Part shown: positions 9,690 to 20,905 of the stretch, piece by piece
Numbering within the stretch: the first letter of the stretch is position 1
How the letters are laid out: the number at the start of each line of letters is the position of its first letter
Origin: an uncultured delta proteobacterium
Lineage (GTDB): Bacteria; Myxococcota_A; Polyangia; Polyangiales; Houyiibacteriaceae
Assembly (NCBI GenBank): GCA_963699755.1
Contig: CAVOVB010000001.1
Location: 1,504,001-1,568,000 of the forward strand
Direction: 5' to 3'
DNA: 64,000 bases
Notes under the pieces: generated by a model
Database searches by the model: none
What the model was told of the DNA's origin: nothing
What the model saw: the letters and a program-made list of their open reading frames with translations, nothing else
Translations under genes and position numbers: made by a program

Positions 9690-11546
9690 TTAGGGCTCCA
9701 CCGGAAGGTCGAGGCGGCTGTACTCCGCCCAGGAGCCGTCATAGTTGAGCATTTGATCTGGGCGGAAACCAAGCTGCGCAAGGGCGAAGTAGACCGCGGC
9801 CGAGCGCGTACCTGATTGGCAGTAGGTCACCACGGGCGTCTCGCTTCCTACGCCGTGGCCTGCCAAGAGCACTCGGAGCGCGTCGGGCGAGCTCAGACGA
9901 TGATCGCCAGCTTTGTCGCGCAACACCTCAGCCCAGTCGAGGTGCACTGCGCCAGGAATGTGGCCTGCGCGGGCGGCTTTGGGATGCTTCTCGCTGCCGT
10001 CGAACTCGATCGCGCTCCGCGTATCGATCAGCTGCACGCGGGGGTGCTCGGCGATGAAGGCCGAGGTTTCGGGCCAGTGTTGGGAGGGGGGCGATGCTGG
10101 TGCACGCAGGGCGACGTCACCGGTTTCCACTTGTAGGCCGTCGCCACCAGCGACGTAGTGGCCCGCCGCCTTCCAAGCTTGCAGCCCTCCATCGAGCACC
10201 CGTGTTTCGAACCCCGCGACTGCCTTCAGAGTCCACCAGAGTCGGTAGGGTTCGGGTCCGCCGTCGCCATAGAGCACCACGGTGCTGTCTCGATCCACGC
10301 CTCGATCGCGAAGCATTCGTTCGAGCTCGCCCGCAGAACGGGAGAGGCCTGGGATCTCTTCGCTGCTCGAGTAGTCACCGCGGTACACGCGTCGCGCGCC
10401 GGGAATGTGTCCCAGCGCGAAGCGGTCTTCCGGCCGCACGTCGATCACGACCAAGCTGTATGCGCCCAAGGCCTTGGCGAGCTCCGGCACGCTGACCATG
10501 CTGTCGGGGTCCAGGTAGCCGTCCGCACGGGCCCGACTTCCGAAATGTGCAATGGCGTTCTCCGCTTCCTGGGGGCTTGGTGAGTACGCATTCATCGCCG
10601 GGAACACTCCGGTCGGCTGCGACGCCGCGGCGACCTCACCCAGCATTGGGGTCTCGGGCCGAAGCTTGTGCGGCTCGCGCAGATACCAGGCTCCGGCCAT
10701 GACTAGGGCGCCGATGACGGACCAGACGATGGTGCTCTGCTTGGCGGGCGCCAGCCGTTGCAGCGGCCAGACCTCCTGGCTGAAGAAGTTATCGGGAAAA
10801 GTCTCCACGCCCTTGAAGCCCAGATGCGCAGGGGGTTCCGGCGGCATCTTCGCTGTGCCGAAGATCCAATCCCAGCAACTGAAGATGATCCCGTAGTTGA
10901 CCGTGGTCTTGGCAGTGCCCTCGTAGTCATGATGCCAGATGTGCATCCGCGGACTGTTGAGGACGTAGCGCCAAGGCCCATGGCCGAGGTCCAAGTTCGA
11001 GTGGTTGAGATGGCCGATCAAGGTGCCGAAGATCGCGTGAAACATCAGCGCCTCCCAGCGGAAGCCGAGGAAGACCAATGGGAGGTAGAGCACCGACTTG
11101 TAGACGATCACCTCGAGCCACGAAAAACGGAAGGAGACGATCCAGTCCATCTCGCCGTCCTTCACGCTGTGGTGCGCCTTGTGTAGCTCCCAGAGGAATG
11201 GAACTCGGTGAAGCGCGTTGTGGACACACCACTGAATGAAGTCGATGACGACGAGAGCCACGATGATCTGCGCCCAGAGCGGCCAATCCGCCGCGGCGTT
11301 GCGATACACTGCGTCGGTTAGCCCCTTGGCGCTGAGCCAGCGGTCGATGTAGGGCAGTATCCAGGTGCTGGCCAAGCCCGCGAGGAGAAGCCCGAGGAAG
11401 TGCCCGTTGAAGACGAGATGAATCAGGTCCGACCAGAGCTTGGGGCGCAGCTGTTTTTGTTCGGGTCGCCATGGGAAGAAGCGCTCGAGAAGAAATACCA
11501 GCCCGGACAGCGCCGCCAGGCTAATCGGGTACAGATAGGCCGTCAT
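9690..11546 (-). CDS. Sterol desaturase/fatty acid hydroxylase fused to a tandem-rhodanese sulfurtransferase
   Basis: His boxes HNALH, HKAHH, HLNH, HIWHH; GHIPGA twice, active-site YCQSGTRS, YDGSWAEY. Confidence 0.9.
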   Translation of the reverse strand: MTAYLYPISLAALSGLVFLLERFFPWRPEQKQLRPKLWSDLIHLVFNGHFLGLLLAGLASTWILPYIDRWLSAKGLTDAVYRNAAADWPLWAQIIVALVVIDFIQWCVHNALHRVPFLWELHKAHHSVKDGEMDWIVSFRFSWLEVIVYKSVLYLPLVFLGFRWEALMFHAIFGTLIGHLNHSNLDLGHGPWRYVLNSPRMHIWHHDYEGTAKTTVNYGIIFSCWDWIFGTAKMPPEPPAHLGFKGVETFPDNFFSQEVWPLQRLAPAKQSTIVWSVIGALVMAGAWYLREPHKLRPETPMLGEVAAASQPTGVFPAMNAYSPSPQEAENAIAHFGSRARADGYLDPDSMVSVPELAKALGAYSLVVIDVRPEDRFALGHIPGARRVYRGDYSSSEEIPGLSRSAGELERMLRDRGVDRDSTVVLYGDGGPEPYRLWWTLKAVAGFETRVLDGGLQAWKAAGHYVAGGDGLQVETGDVALRAPASPPSQHWPETSAFIAEHPRVQLIDTRSAIEFDGSEKHPKAARAGHIPGAVHLDWAEVLRDKAGDHRLSSPDALRVLLAGHGVGSETPVVTYCQSGTRSAAVYFALAQLGFRPDQMLNYDGSWAEYSRLDLPVEP

Positions 11547-11602
11547 TCAGGTTAGGGATAGCACGTCTTTTGCAAGTGATCGCGCCGTGGTATCACCCGG
11601 GG

Positions 11603-13300
11603 ATGACAGTCCTCCTCAATCCCAAAAAGCACAGCCGACCCTACCCGGACGAGCGCTCCCGTGAAGTGATGCTCAAGACGATCGAGTTCTTCGAGCGGAA
11701 AGGAAAGGCGCGCGTCAAAGACGACTATCACGCGCGGGTTTGGTACGCAGACTTCCTCGATTTCGTCAAAGAGGAGAGGATCTTTGCGACCATGTGCACG
11801 CCAGCGGGGCAGGGTGCTCCGGATTCGCGATGGGACACCTGGCGGATTTGCGAGTTCGCGGAAATCCTCGGTTTCTACGGCCTGCAGTACTGGTACACCT
11901 ATCAGGTCACCGTGCTCGGCCTCGGGCCGATCTGGATGAGCGACAACGAGGCGATCAAGGTTCGGGCAGCGCGCGCCCTCGAGCAGGGCGGGATCTTTGC
12001 ATTCGGCTTGTCGGAGAAAGAGCACGGCGCCGATGTCTACTCGACCGACATGATCCTGAGCCCGCAGGGCGACGGCAGGTATCGCGCAAACGGTAGCAAG
12101 TACTACATCGGCAACGGCAACGAGGCCGCAATCGTATCGACTTTTGGAAAGTTTGCCGATTCCGGTGACTACGTGTTCTTCGGCGTGGATTCTCAGCACG
12201 AAGACTATCACCTGATCAAGAACGTCGTCGCCAGTCAGAACTACGTGTCGGAGTTTGCCCTGGAGGACTACCCGATCGAGGAGAGCGACATCATCGCTAG
12301 GGGGGAGCACGCGTGGAACAGCGCCCTCAACACGGTCAACATCGGGAAGTACAACCTCGGCTGGGCCTCGATCGGCATGTGCACCCATGCACTTTACGAA
12401 GCGATTCATCACGCGTCGCATCGGCGCCTCTACAACATGTCTGTCACCGACTTTCCACATGTCAGGCAACTGTTCACCGACGCCTACGCGCGCCTGACGG
12501 CCATGAAGCTCTTTGCGCTTCGAGCCGCGGACTACATGCGCGTCGCCTCCCCCGAAGACCGCCGCTACCTACTCTATAACCCCATGGTGAAGATGAAAGT
12601 GACGACCCAGGGCGAGGATGTGATGAACCTCATGTGGGACGTGATCGCAGCGAAGGGCTTCGAGAAAGACATGTTCTTCGAGCAGGCCGCCGTGGACATC
12701 CGCGCCTTGCCGAAGCTCGAAGGCACCGTGCACGTGAATATCGCGCTGATCGTGAAGTTCATGGCGAACTACTTCTTTGCGCCCGCTGATTACACGGAGG
12801 TGGCGCAGCAGAGTCAGGCCGCCAACGACGACTTTCTCTTCGCCCAGGGCCCCACCAAAGGGCTTGGGAAGATTCGATTCCACGACTACAACATCGCCTA
12901 TGCGAGCCGAGACACCCCGAACCTCGCGGTCTTTCGGGAGCAAATCGCCGCCTTCAAGGAGATGCTGTTCGCGGCGCCGCCCGACGAAGGACAGAGAAAA
13001 GACATCGACTTCCTGCTTGCTGGTGGTGAGATCTTCGCGTTGGTCGTGTACGGCCAGCTGATCTTGGAGAATGCGAAGACCCACGACATCTCCGATGATC
13101 TGATCGACCAGATCTTCGACTTCATGGTCCGCGACTTCTCGCGCCATGCCCTGAGCCTCTACTCGAAGCCGTCGAGCAACGCGACCCAGATGGCGGCTTG
13201 TCAGAAGATGATCCGCAAGCCCGTGTTCGACGCAGAACGCTACCAGCGTGTCTGGCAGCAGGTACACGAACTTCGCGACGAATACGAAATGAACCCGTGA
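11603..13300 (+). CDS. Acyl-CoA dehydrogenase
   Basis: AFGLSEKEHGAD, NGSKYYIGNG, LEGTVHVN. Confidence 0.9.
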   Translation: MTVLLNPKKHSRPYPDERSREVMLKTIEFFERKGKARVKDDYHARVWYADFLDFVKEERIFATMCTPAGQGAPDSRWDTWRICEFAEILGFYGLQYWYTYQVTVLGLGPIWMSDNEAIKVRAARALEQGGIFAFGLSEKEHGADVYSTDMILSPQGDGRYRANGSKYYIGNGNEAAIVSTFGKFADSGDYVFFGVDSQHEDYHLIKNVVASQNYVSEFALEDYPIEESDIIARGEHAWNSALNTVNIGKYNLGWASIGMCTHALYEAIHHASHRRLYNMSVTDFPHVRQLFTDAYARLTAMKLFALRAADYMRVASPEDRRYLLYNPMVKMKVTTQGEDVMNLMWDVIAAKGFEKDMFFEQAAVDIRALPKLEGTVHVNIALIVKFMANYFFAPADYTEVAQQSQAANDDFLFAQGPTKGLGKIRFHDYNIAYASRDTPNLAVFREQIAAFKEMLFAAPPDEGQRKDIDFLLAGGEIFALVVYGQLILENAKTHDISDDLIDQIFDFMVRDFSRHALSLYSKPSSNATQMAACQKMIRKPVFDAERYQRVWQQVHELRDEYEMNP

Positions 13301-13336
13301 CGGGTTCGGCCAGCCGCCGCTCGACTGCCGAAGCGA

Positions 13337-14359
13337 TCACTTCGCTGGCGAGAAGATGCCGGCGAGCTCGTCCTTGGCGTCTCGGCTCATCAGCCGCGTC
13401 GCCTCTTCGGGAAGGGACGCACCCTGGTGGCAGACCCTGTAGACCGCCTCAGAGATCGGCATGTCCACGCCTTCGCGATGCGCGAGCTGGTGAACCGCAA
13501 CCGAGGTGCGATAGCCCTCCGCGACGGCCTTCTGGGAGGTCACGATCTCCTGTGCGGTCTTGCCTGTGGCCAGCTGCTGGCCGAGTTGACGGTTGCGAGA
13601 CAGCTCGCCGTTGCAGGTGAGGCTCAGGTCGCCCACGCCGGCAAGGCCCAGAAAAGTGAGGGGGTTCGCGCCGAGCGCGACGCCAAGGCGCGTCATCTCG
13701 GCGAGGCCGCGGGTCATCAGCGAGGCCACGGTGGAAGCTCCGAGTCCGAGTCCGTAGGCGGCTCCGCAAGCCACGGCGATGACGTTCTTCAGCGCACCTC
13801 CGAGCTGTACCCCGACGATGTCATCGCTGGCGTAGACTCGAAGGAGCGGAGAATGGAGGATCTCTTGGACCCGGCGGGCCGTGTCGATGTCGGCGGCAGC
13901 GAGGCTCACATCTGCGGGGAGCTGCGACGCGATGTCTTTCGCGAAGCTCGGGCCGGAAAGGTAGGTCGCGCTTGCGACGTGCTCTGGCAATGTTTCTGCG
14001 AGCACCTCGCTCATGAGCGCCAGGCTCTCCTGTTCGATACCCTTCGCCGTGGAAGTGACCAGGGCGCCAGGCGGGATCAGTGGTGCGGCCTGCGACGAGA
14101 CCGCGCGCATGAAGCTCGACGGCACGACGAGCAGGACCAAGTCGGCTCCGTGCAGGGCCGCTGCCATGTCGTTTGTGAAGAGCAGATCCGTCGGTACGGG
14201 GAAGCCCGGAAGGTAGACGGCATTCTCGCCTTCGGAGGCGACCCGCTCCGGCAGTCCGTCGTCGTAGGCCCAGACGCGCGTGCGATGCCCCAGGTTGGAA
14301 GCGTAGAGGGCAAGGGAAGTGCCGAAGGCTCCGGCACCGAGGACGCATACGTTATTCAT
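13337..14359 (-). CDS. gpsA: NAD(P)H-dependent glycerol-3-phosphate dehydrogenase
   Basis: [38 protein letters not shown]. Confidence 0.97.
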   Translation of the reverse strand: MNNVCVLGAGAFGTSLALYASNLGHRTRVWAYDDGLPERVASEGENAVYLPGFPVPTDLLFTNDMAAALHGADLVLLVVPSSFMRAVSSQAAPLIPPGALVTSTAKGIEQESLALMSEVLAETLPEHVASATYLSGPSFAKDIASQLPADVSLAAADIDTARRVQEILHSPLLRVYASDDIVGVQLGGALKNVIAVACGAAYGLGLGASTVASLMTRGLAEMTRLGVALGANPLTFLGLAGVGDLSLTCNGELSRNRQLGQQLATGKTAQEIVTSQKAVAEGYRTSVAVHQLAHREGVDMPISEAVYRVCHQGASLPEEATRLMSRDAKDELAGIFSPAK

Positions 14360-14563
14360 GGAGCTCGCTCGTTCATGGGCGCGAGGAAGGTAACGCCCCG
14401 GCCGCGCACCCGTCAATCGCTCCGCGAACCGCGTTCGAGTGCGCTATCAGCCGAGCCGCGCAGGATCCCAGGCTCAAGCCCCAAGACCGGGACGTGGCCC
14501 TTGGCCTCTGCGGAGGCCGGGACTAGACTACGCACCGGATGCCATGACGTAGAGGAGGTCCGG

Positions 14564-16777
14564 ATGCAACGCTGTCTGGTCATACACCTCGGCGACGAGA
14601 ACGAGGACTTGATCGCCACGCTGGGCGAGCGTCGTGCGAAGGTGCTGTGGCGCGGCTGCCGGCGTGAGCTCGATCGCGCTCGGGCTCTGGTGCGCGAGCA
14701 CGATGGCAAAGTCGATGCGATCGGTTTGGATGGGATCCCGATCAATCTGGAGCTTGGCGACGCCCATCGGCGCTACCAGGCAGGGCGGGAGCTTGCTGCC
14801 AGCGCCACGCGAACGCTCGTCGTGGATGGGAGCGGCGTACGCCCGGGGCTCGAGCGTTGGAGCATCGTGCTGGCCAACCGAGCAGAACCGGGAATCTTCA
14901 GTCAGAAGCACGTTCTCATGGTGCCAGGCGTCAATCACGTCGGGCTTGCACGCGCGCTCGGGCGATTGACGCCCCATGTCGACTACTACGATCCCGAGAT
15001 CTTCTTCGGCCTTCCCGACATGCCCGGTGTGGGCAGCCCGCAAACGCTCGGAACCGCCGACGCGCCCACGCTCGAGGCGCTCAAGGAAGCGCCGCTCGAC
15101 AGGCTCTCGCCAGCGCCAGACGGGAGAACGCGCCGTGCCACGACCCATTTTCGCTGGGCCGACGTCATCGCTGGCGATGCCGGGATGATTCGCCACTTCG
15201 CGCCTACCGACTTGCGCAGGAAGACAGTCGTGGTGCCATGCGCGACTGAGGTGGACATCGCCGACTTCCGAGCTCGCGGGGCGTCGATCCTGGTGACCCT
15301 GATGCCATCGCTCGAGGAAGGCGTGCCGATCGCCCGGCACTCGGTGGCATTGATCGAGGCAGTGCTGGTGGCGCTCCGCGAGGACCAGACCGCGCCGCTG
15401 ACCGAGGATGCGTACCTCAACTTCATGGCAGAAATTTCTTGGCGTCCGTCCATTCGCTACCTTCAAGAGGACGAGCAAGACATCAACCGGTTCGCTTTCG
15501 TCATCCACCCGCTCGACATCGGGTTCGTGCACAAGCATCCCGACTTCAAATGGACCAAGTACCTCCCTGACCGCGCTGTCGAAGAGGTGGCGGCGTACCT
15601 CAAACCGATGTACGTCGGGCGAATCGCCGGCGGCCGTTCGCCCACCACCGGCCAGCGCATCGAGGGCCACCTCTTCGCCCTCGGCTCCACGCCGCGCCAG
15701 ATGATGCGCCACCGCCCTCGGTTCACCTACGATCGGCTCCATGAGGCCGCCAAGATGGCCGAACGCCGAGGCTGTCGACTGATGGGCCTGGGCGCGTTCA
15801 CCAGCGTCGTCGGTGATGCCGGAAAGACGGTTGCCCACGAGGCTGCCATAGCGATCACGAGCGGCAACAGCCTCACCGTTGCGGCCACGCTCGAGGCAGC
15901 CAAGCAGGCCGTGGTCAAGATGGGCGCGACCCAACTGACCAAGGGCCGAGCGATGATCATCGGTGCGACTGGATCGATCGGCGCGGTGTGCTCACGGCTC
16001 CTGGCTCAAGCCATCAATGACGTGGTGTTGGTGTCGATCGAGCCGGAGAAGCTCATCGACCTCAAGCGTACGATGGAGAAGGAGACGCCGGGCACCAGGG
16101 TGACCATCGCATTGCGGCCGGGCGACCTCGCTGCGGACTGCGACCTGGTCGTCACTGCGACCTCCGCGTTCGGCCAGCGCATCCTAGACATCAGCACCTG
16201 CAAGCCTGGCGCGGTGATCTGCGATGTCGCTCGTCCGCCGGACATTGGCGAGAAAGAAGCTGCGCTGCGACCGGACGTGGCGGTCATCGAGAGCGGCGAG
16301 GTACTGATACCAGGCGATATCGACATCGGCTACGACATTGGCCTGCCGAAGGGCACCGCCTACGCCTGTCTCGCCGAAACCGCCCTGCTAGCCATGGAAG
16401 GCAAGTTCGAGAGCTACACACTGGGCCGCGATATCGACATGGACCGCGTCAAGGAGATCTACCGGCTCTTCAAGAAGCACGAGTTCCAGATCGCGGGACT
16501 GCGCTCTTTTGGCAAGGTGCTTACCGATGAGGACTTCGCCGAAAAACGCAGACTCGCCGCCGCGCTCACCGCCGACCCAGAACGGCTCGCCAAGACTCGC
16601 GCTGAAGTCAGCGCGCGTATCGCCGAGATGCCTGTCGAGGCCAAAGGGGTCCGCAGTGGCAGCGGCGCCATCACACGATTGGCCAACTTGGCCGGGCGCA
16701 TCCCTATCCTGTCGAATGCCGTCGAGCAGCTCCGCGTGTTCCGGAGCGAGGACGAGTCCGAGACCCTGGCGGAGTAG
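14564..16777 (+). CDS. Two-domain dehydrogenase; the C-terminal half resembles long-chain acyl-ACP reductase / COG5322
   Basis: SD agaggagg; [40 protein letters not shown] (putative catalytic Cys). Confidence 0.75.
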   Translation: MQRCLVIHLGDENEDLIATLGERRAKVLWRGCRRELDRARALVREHDGKVDAIGLDGIPINLELGDAHRRYQAGRELAASATRTLVVDGSGVRPGLERWSIVLANRAEPGIFSQKHVLMVPGVNHVGLARALGRLTPHVDYYDPEIFFGLPDMPGVGSPQTLGTADAPTLEALKEAPLDRLSPAPDGRTRRATTHFRWADVIAGDAGMIRHFAPTDLRRKTVVVPCATEVDIADFRARGASILVTLMPSLEEGVPIARHSVALIEAVLVALREDQTAPLTEDAYLNFMAEISWRPSIRYLQEDEQDINRFAFVIHPLDIGFVHKHPDFKWTKYLPDRAVEEVAAYLKPMYVGRIAGGRSPTTGQRIEGHLFALGSTPRQMMRHRPRFTYDRLHEAAKMAERRGCRLMGLGAFTSVVGDAGKTVAHEAAIAITSGNSLTVAATLEAAKQAVVKMGATQLTKGRAMIIGATGSIGAVCSRLLAQAINDVVLVSIEPEKLIDLKRTMEKETPGTRVTIALRPGDLAADCDLVVTATSAFGQRILDISTCKPGAVICDVARPPDIGEKEAALRPDVAVIESGEVLIPGDIDIGYDIGLPKGTAYACLAETALLAMEGKFESYTLGRDIDMDRVKEIYRLFKKHEFQIAGLRSFGKVLTDEDFAEKRRLAAALTADPERLAKTRAEVSARIAEMPVEAKGVRSGSGAITRLANLAGRIPILSNAVEQLRVFRSEDESETLAE

Positions 16778-16785
16778 CCTACCAC

Positions 16786-17880
16786 ATGTCCCCTCATGTC
16801 TTTTTTACAGGATTCCCCGGATTCATCGGCAAGCAGCTGATCGAGCGGCTGATCCACGATGAGCCAGAGGCGAGCTTCACGTTCTTGATACAGGACGAGA
16901 TGCGCCCTGCTGCCGAGGCGTCGATTGTAGCTCTCGATGCGAAGAGCCGGGGGTTCGCCGCGCGCTCGCGCCTCGTCGCGGGGGACATCACGCAGCGGTG
17001 GCTCGGCATGAGTCAGGAGCTCTACCAGGAGGAGGCCGCGCGCACGTCCCATGTCTGGCATCTGGCAGCGGTCTACGACTTGTCGGTCCCTGAACCCATC
17101 GCCTATCGGGTGAACGTCATCGGCACGGCCAACCTGCTCGACTACTGCGAGGCCTGCCCGGGTCTCGTCCGGCTCGACTACGTCTCGACCTGCTACGTGA
17201 GCGGCGACCGGACCGGCTTGGTACGCGAGAACGAGCTCGACGAAGGCCAGGCCTTCAAGAACCACTACGAGTCGACCAAGGCCTGGGCTGAGATGGAAGT
17301 GCGACGGCGCATACACAAGCTGCCCGTGTGCATCCACAGGCCGGGCATCGTGGTCGGAGACTCGCGCACCGGCGAGACCGACAAGTACGACGGCCCATAC
17401 TTCATCATCAAGCTCCTGATGCGGCTGCCCAAATGGGTGCCGATGGTCAACCTCGGTGAGGGCGGCTCGCGCGTGAATCTGGTCCCGGTCGACTTCCTCT
17501 GCGACGGCGTGGCTTCGGTCTGGAACGAGCCCGCGGCGCTCGGGCAAACCATCCACTGGGCAGATCCGAACCCGTACCCAGCCAAGGAGATTGTTCGCGA
17601 GCTCCTCAGGATCCTAGGTCGTCCGCGCAGCCTGGGCACGGTGCCTCCGGACACCGTCGAACGAGCGCTGGCGATCAAGCGCGTCCGCGAGCTGACCCAG
17701 GTGCCTCAGCAGGCGGTCATCTATTTCAACCACGATGTCATCTACGACACCGAGAACCAGCATCGCTTCCTCGAGGGCACGGACCTGCGCTGCCCCGACT
17801 TCCTGAGTTACCTGCCGACCCTCGTCCAATACGTGAAGGCCAACCCCCGAAAGGAATTCCTCGACGGCCGCGAGGCCTGA
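16786..17880 (+). CDS. Extended SDR of the male-sterility / thioester-reductase type
   Basis: TGFPGFIG, HLAAVYD, YVSTCYVSG, YESTK, RPGIVVGDS. Confidence 0.9.
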   Translation: MSPHVFFTGFPGFIGKQLIERLIHDEPEASFTFLIQDEMRPAAEASIVALDAKSRGFAARSRLVAGDITQRWLGMSQELYQEEAARTSHVWHLAAVYDLSVPEPIAYRVNVIGTANLLDYCEACPGLVRLDYVSTCYVSGDRTGLVRENELDEGQAFKNHYESTKAWAEMEVRRRIHKLPVCIHRPGIVVGDSRTGETDKYDGPYFIIKLLMRLPKWVPMVNLGEGGSRVNLVPVDFLCDGVASVWNEPAALGQTIHWADPNPYPAKEIVRELLRILGRPRSLGTVPPDTVERALAIKRVRELTQVPQQAVIYFNHDVIYDTENQHRFLEGTDLRCPDFLSYLPTLVQYVKANPRKEFLDGREA

Positions 17881-18073
17881 GGCCGGCTCTTCGGGCCGGC
17901 GCGGCCTAGGGCGTGGCGCGCTCGCGTTCCTCGCCTCACTGCCCCCGCAAGCCTGGTCCTTCACGGGCGTATCTGTTATTGGCATTTGTCCGAATTCGAA
18001 GGGCGCCTCCAGCTATCGAGGCGGGTCGGTGGATGCTTCCCAGGTTTGCACACGGAGATTGGTGATCAGATCG

Positions 18074-20881
18074 ATGACTGCAACGGTACTCCCAGCAATC
18101 TTCTTCCTCTCCGGTTGCGGCGCCCTGATCTTCGAAAACCTCTGGTTCTACCAGGCGGGCATCACGTTCGGTAACTCGGTTTGGGCATCGAGCCTGGTGC
18201 TGGCGGGATTCATGGGTGGGCTCGCATTGGGCAATGCGCTTGCAGCACGCCTCCGGCCTCGCCAGTTCCGCGCCATTCGGACCTACGCCATGCTCGAGCT
18301 CGCCATCGGGATCTCGGGCTTCGCGCTGGTCGTGGGCCTGCCATGGTTGACCACGCTGCTTGCCAGCGTCTTTGGGCCGTTGCTTTCGTCGCCGTGGATT
18401 GCGAACCCTCTAAGACTCGGGGTTGCATTCCTCTTGCTGTTGATTCCATCGACTGCGATGGGCGCCACCTTGCCGGTGATGGTCTCCGCGCTCTATCAAC
18501 GAGACCCCCGGTTTGGCAGCGTTCTCGGCCGGCTTTATGGCTGGAACACGCTTGGCGCCGTGGTAGGAGCGCTCGCAGGCCATCTGATCTTGATCGAAGC
18601 GCTCGGAGTGCGCGGGACCGGCTTGGCTGCCGCAGGAATTTCGCTCTCGGCGGCCGGACTCGCGTTCGTCTTCTCCAAGCGGTTCGAGCGCCCCGTCGAG
18701 GAGGATGCGCGACCACCGGCGGAGCCGACCGCTCGCCTTTCGGCGAGCGCACGATGGCTTCTCCTCGCAGCGGGCATCGCCGGCTTCACGCTCTTAGGGC
18801 TCGAGGTCGTGTGGTTTCGCTTCCTGCTTCACTTCATGCACGGCAGCAGCCAAACGTTTTCGGTCCTCTTGGCTATCGTGCTTGCGGGCATCGGACTTGG
18901 CGGGCTCTCAGGCGGGTATCTAGCTAGCTCGGAGGATCGGGCCCAGCATCTGCTCCCCGCTGCCGCGACGCTCACCGGGCTCGTCTGCATCGTTCTCTAC
19001 TGGTTCTTCCCGGCAGGGCCACGCGACTACGACTGGGGCCCTACATTCGTCCGCGGGCTGTCGCTCATGTTTCCCGTTGCCTTCCTCTCTGGCGTGCTGT
19101 TCACCATGCTCGGTACCGCTCTGAAACGCGAAATCGACAGTGAGACGCGCGCCGCGGGGGTCCTGACCTTGGCGAACACGATCGGCGCGACGATGGGACC
19201 TTTGGCGGTTGGATTCTTTCTCTTGCCGACGTTCGGGGTCGACCGCGCGGTGCAGGTGCTCAGTGGCCTTTACCTCCTGATGGGGCTGGCAATCCTCGCT
19301 GCTGGGGCGTTTCCGCGTCGATTGCCCATGCGGATTCTCACCGGTGGTGCCGCCGCTTCTTTGGTCTTGATGCTCCTCGTCTTTCCTGCGGGTGCCACGC
19401 TCGAGCGCCACCTCGAACCTGTGGTCGATCCCTTCACGCGCGGTCTCGGTGCCGAGGTGGTTGCGATGCGCGAAGGGGTTACCGAGACGATCATCTACAC
19501 CGGGCTCAAAGCCTTCGGAGAGCCGGTTTGGTATACGATGCTCACGAACGGCTACTCGATGTCCGGTACGAGCATCGAGGGCCAGCGCTACATGAAGCTC
19601 TTCGTGTACCTGCCGATGGCGCTGAACCCCGATGCCAAAAAAGCCCTGCTGATCAGTTATGGCGTTGGCAGCACAGCCAAAGCCCTCACCAATACCGCCG
19701 GCCTCGAGTCGATCGACGTCGTAGACATCTCACGGGACGTGCTCGAGATGAACGAGATCGTATACCCGGGCGAAGGCGAGCTTCCACTTGATGATCCCCG
19801 CGTAGAGGTCCATGTCGAAGATGGTCGGTACTTCCTGCAGACCACGGAGAAGCGTTTCGATCTGATCACCGGCGAGCCTCCGCCACCAAAGATGGCCGGG
19901 ATCGTCACCCTCTATACCCGCGAGTACTTCTCGTTGGCCTACGATCGCCTCAACGAGGGAGGAATTGTCAGCTATTGGCTTCCCGTTCACAGCCTCTCTC
20001 CAGGTGACAGCAAATCGATCATCCGCGCTTTTTGCGACGTCTTCGAGGACTGCACGCTCTGGGGGGGCTCGGCCTTCGATTGGATCCTACTCGGCACGCG
20101 CAACGCAACGGCCCCGAGGAGCGCCAAGCGATTCGTCCAGCAGTGGGAGGATCCCGTGGTCGGCCCGGACCTCGCAGCCATCGGCGTCGAGCGGCCCGAG
20201 CAGCTCGGCGCATTGTTCATGGCCGGACCGGATGACCTAGAGGAGATCGCAGGCGACGCCCTGCCCTTAACAGACGATCACCCGAAGCGGCTTTCCGATG
20301 AAACCTTCGATTTGGCAGCGGGGGTACAGAGCTATGTTCCCTGGATGGACAAGACCAATACGCGTCTTCGCTTTGAACAGAGCCCCTGGATTCGAGAGTT
20401 TTGGCCGCAGGAGCTTCGAAGCGCGACCCCTGTCTATTTTCTCGCGCAATACGAGTTCAATCGGACTGTGATCGAAAAGCCAGTCGACATGCAGGTCGTG
20501 CTCCCGAGGCTCCACGTGTTCCTCACGCGGACGCCGCTCGAGACACTGCCACTATGGATGCTGCAGAGTCACGAGCTTCGTCAGCACGCGGCCCGGACTG
20601 CCCTTGCGAAAGGCAATGCGGACGCGAGCACCTATTTTGAGCTCGGTCTGGGCGAGCTGGCGAAAAGAAACTACGCCCGAGCCGAGGAGCTGTTCGCACA
20701 GGCCCTGCAGGCAGGCGCAAGCGGCCCGCGCCTGCAGACGCTCGGGCTCTACTCGCACTTCATGGCGAGGGACCCCGAAGGACAGCGTGCCCTGGTTCAG
20801 GAGCTCAAGGACAAGGCTGCGGCCGCGCAGGAACAACCGTGGATCTTGCCTTTGCTCGAGCAGTGGATCGCGCCCGAATAG
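18074..20881 (+). CDS. Fused MFS-like membrane domain / spermidine-synthase-like methyltransferase with TPR-like tail
   Basis: Many TM helices, YGWNTLGA, YGVGST, EDGRYFL, DLITGEPPPP. Confidence 0.85.
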   Translation: MTATVLPAIFFLSGCGALIFENLWFYQAGITFGNSVWASSLVLAGFMGGLALGNALAARLRPRQFRAIRTYAMLELAIGISGFALVVGLPWLTTLLASVFGPLLSSPWIANPLRLGVAFLLLLIPSTAMGATLPVMVSALYQRDPRFGSVLGRLYGWNTLGAVVGALAGHLILIEALGVRGTGLAAAGISLSAAGLAFVFSKRFERPVEEDARPPAEPTARLSASARWLLLAAGIAGFTLLGLEVVWFRFLLHFMHGSSQTFSVLLAIVLAGIGLGGLSGGYLASSEDRAQHLLPAAATLTGLVCIVLYWFFPAGPRDYDWGPTFVRGLSLMFPVAFLSGVLFTMLGTALKREIDSETRAAGVLTLANTIGATMGPLAVGFFLLPTFGVDRAVQVLSGLYLLMGLAILAAGAFPRRLPMRILTGGAAASLVLMLLVFPAGATLERHLEPVVDPFTRGLGAEVVAMREGVTETIIYTGLKAFGEPVWYTMLTNGYSMSGTSIEGQRYMKLFVYLPMALNPDAKKALLISYGVGSTAKALTNTAGLESIDVVDISRDVLEMNEIVYPGEGELPLDDPRVEVHVEDGRYFLQTTEKRFDLITGEPPPPKMAGIVTLYTREYFSLAYDRLNEGGIVSYWLPVHSLSPGDSKSIIRAFCDVFEDCTLWGGSAFDWILLGTRNATAPRSAKRFVQQWEDPVVGPDLAAIGVERPEQLGALFMAGPDDLEEIAGDALPLTDDHPKRLSDETFDLAAGVQSYVPWMDKTNTRLRFEQSPWIREFWPQELRSATPVYFLAQYEFNRTVIEKPVDMQVVLPRLHVFLTRTPLETLPLWMLQSHELRQHAARTALAKGNADASTYFELGLGELAKRNYARAEELFAQALQAGASGPRLQTLGLYSHFMARDPEGQRALVQELKDKAAAAQEQPWILPLLEQWIAPE

Positions 20882-20905
20882 GGTGATAGCGGTTTCAAGA
20901 GCGAC

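Noticed and set aside
13427..14563. N-terminal 379 aa of the 1116-aa ORF
   Set aside because: Antisense shadow of gpsA; the real start is at 14564 with a strong SD
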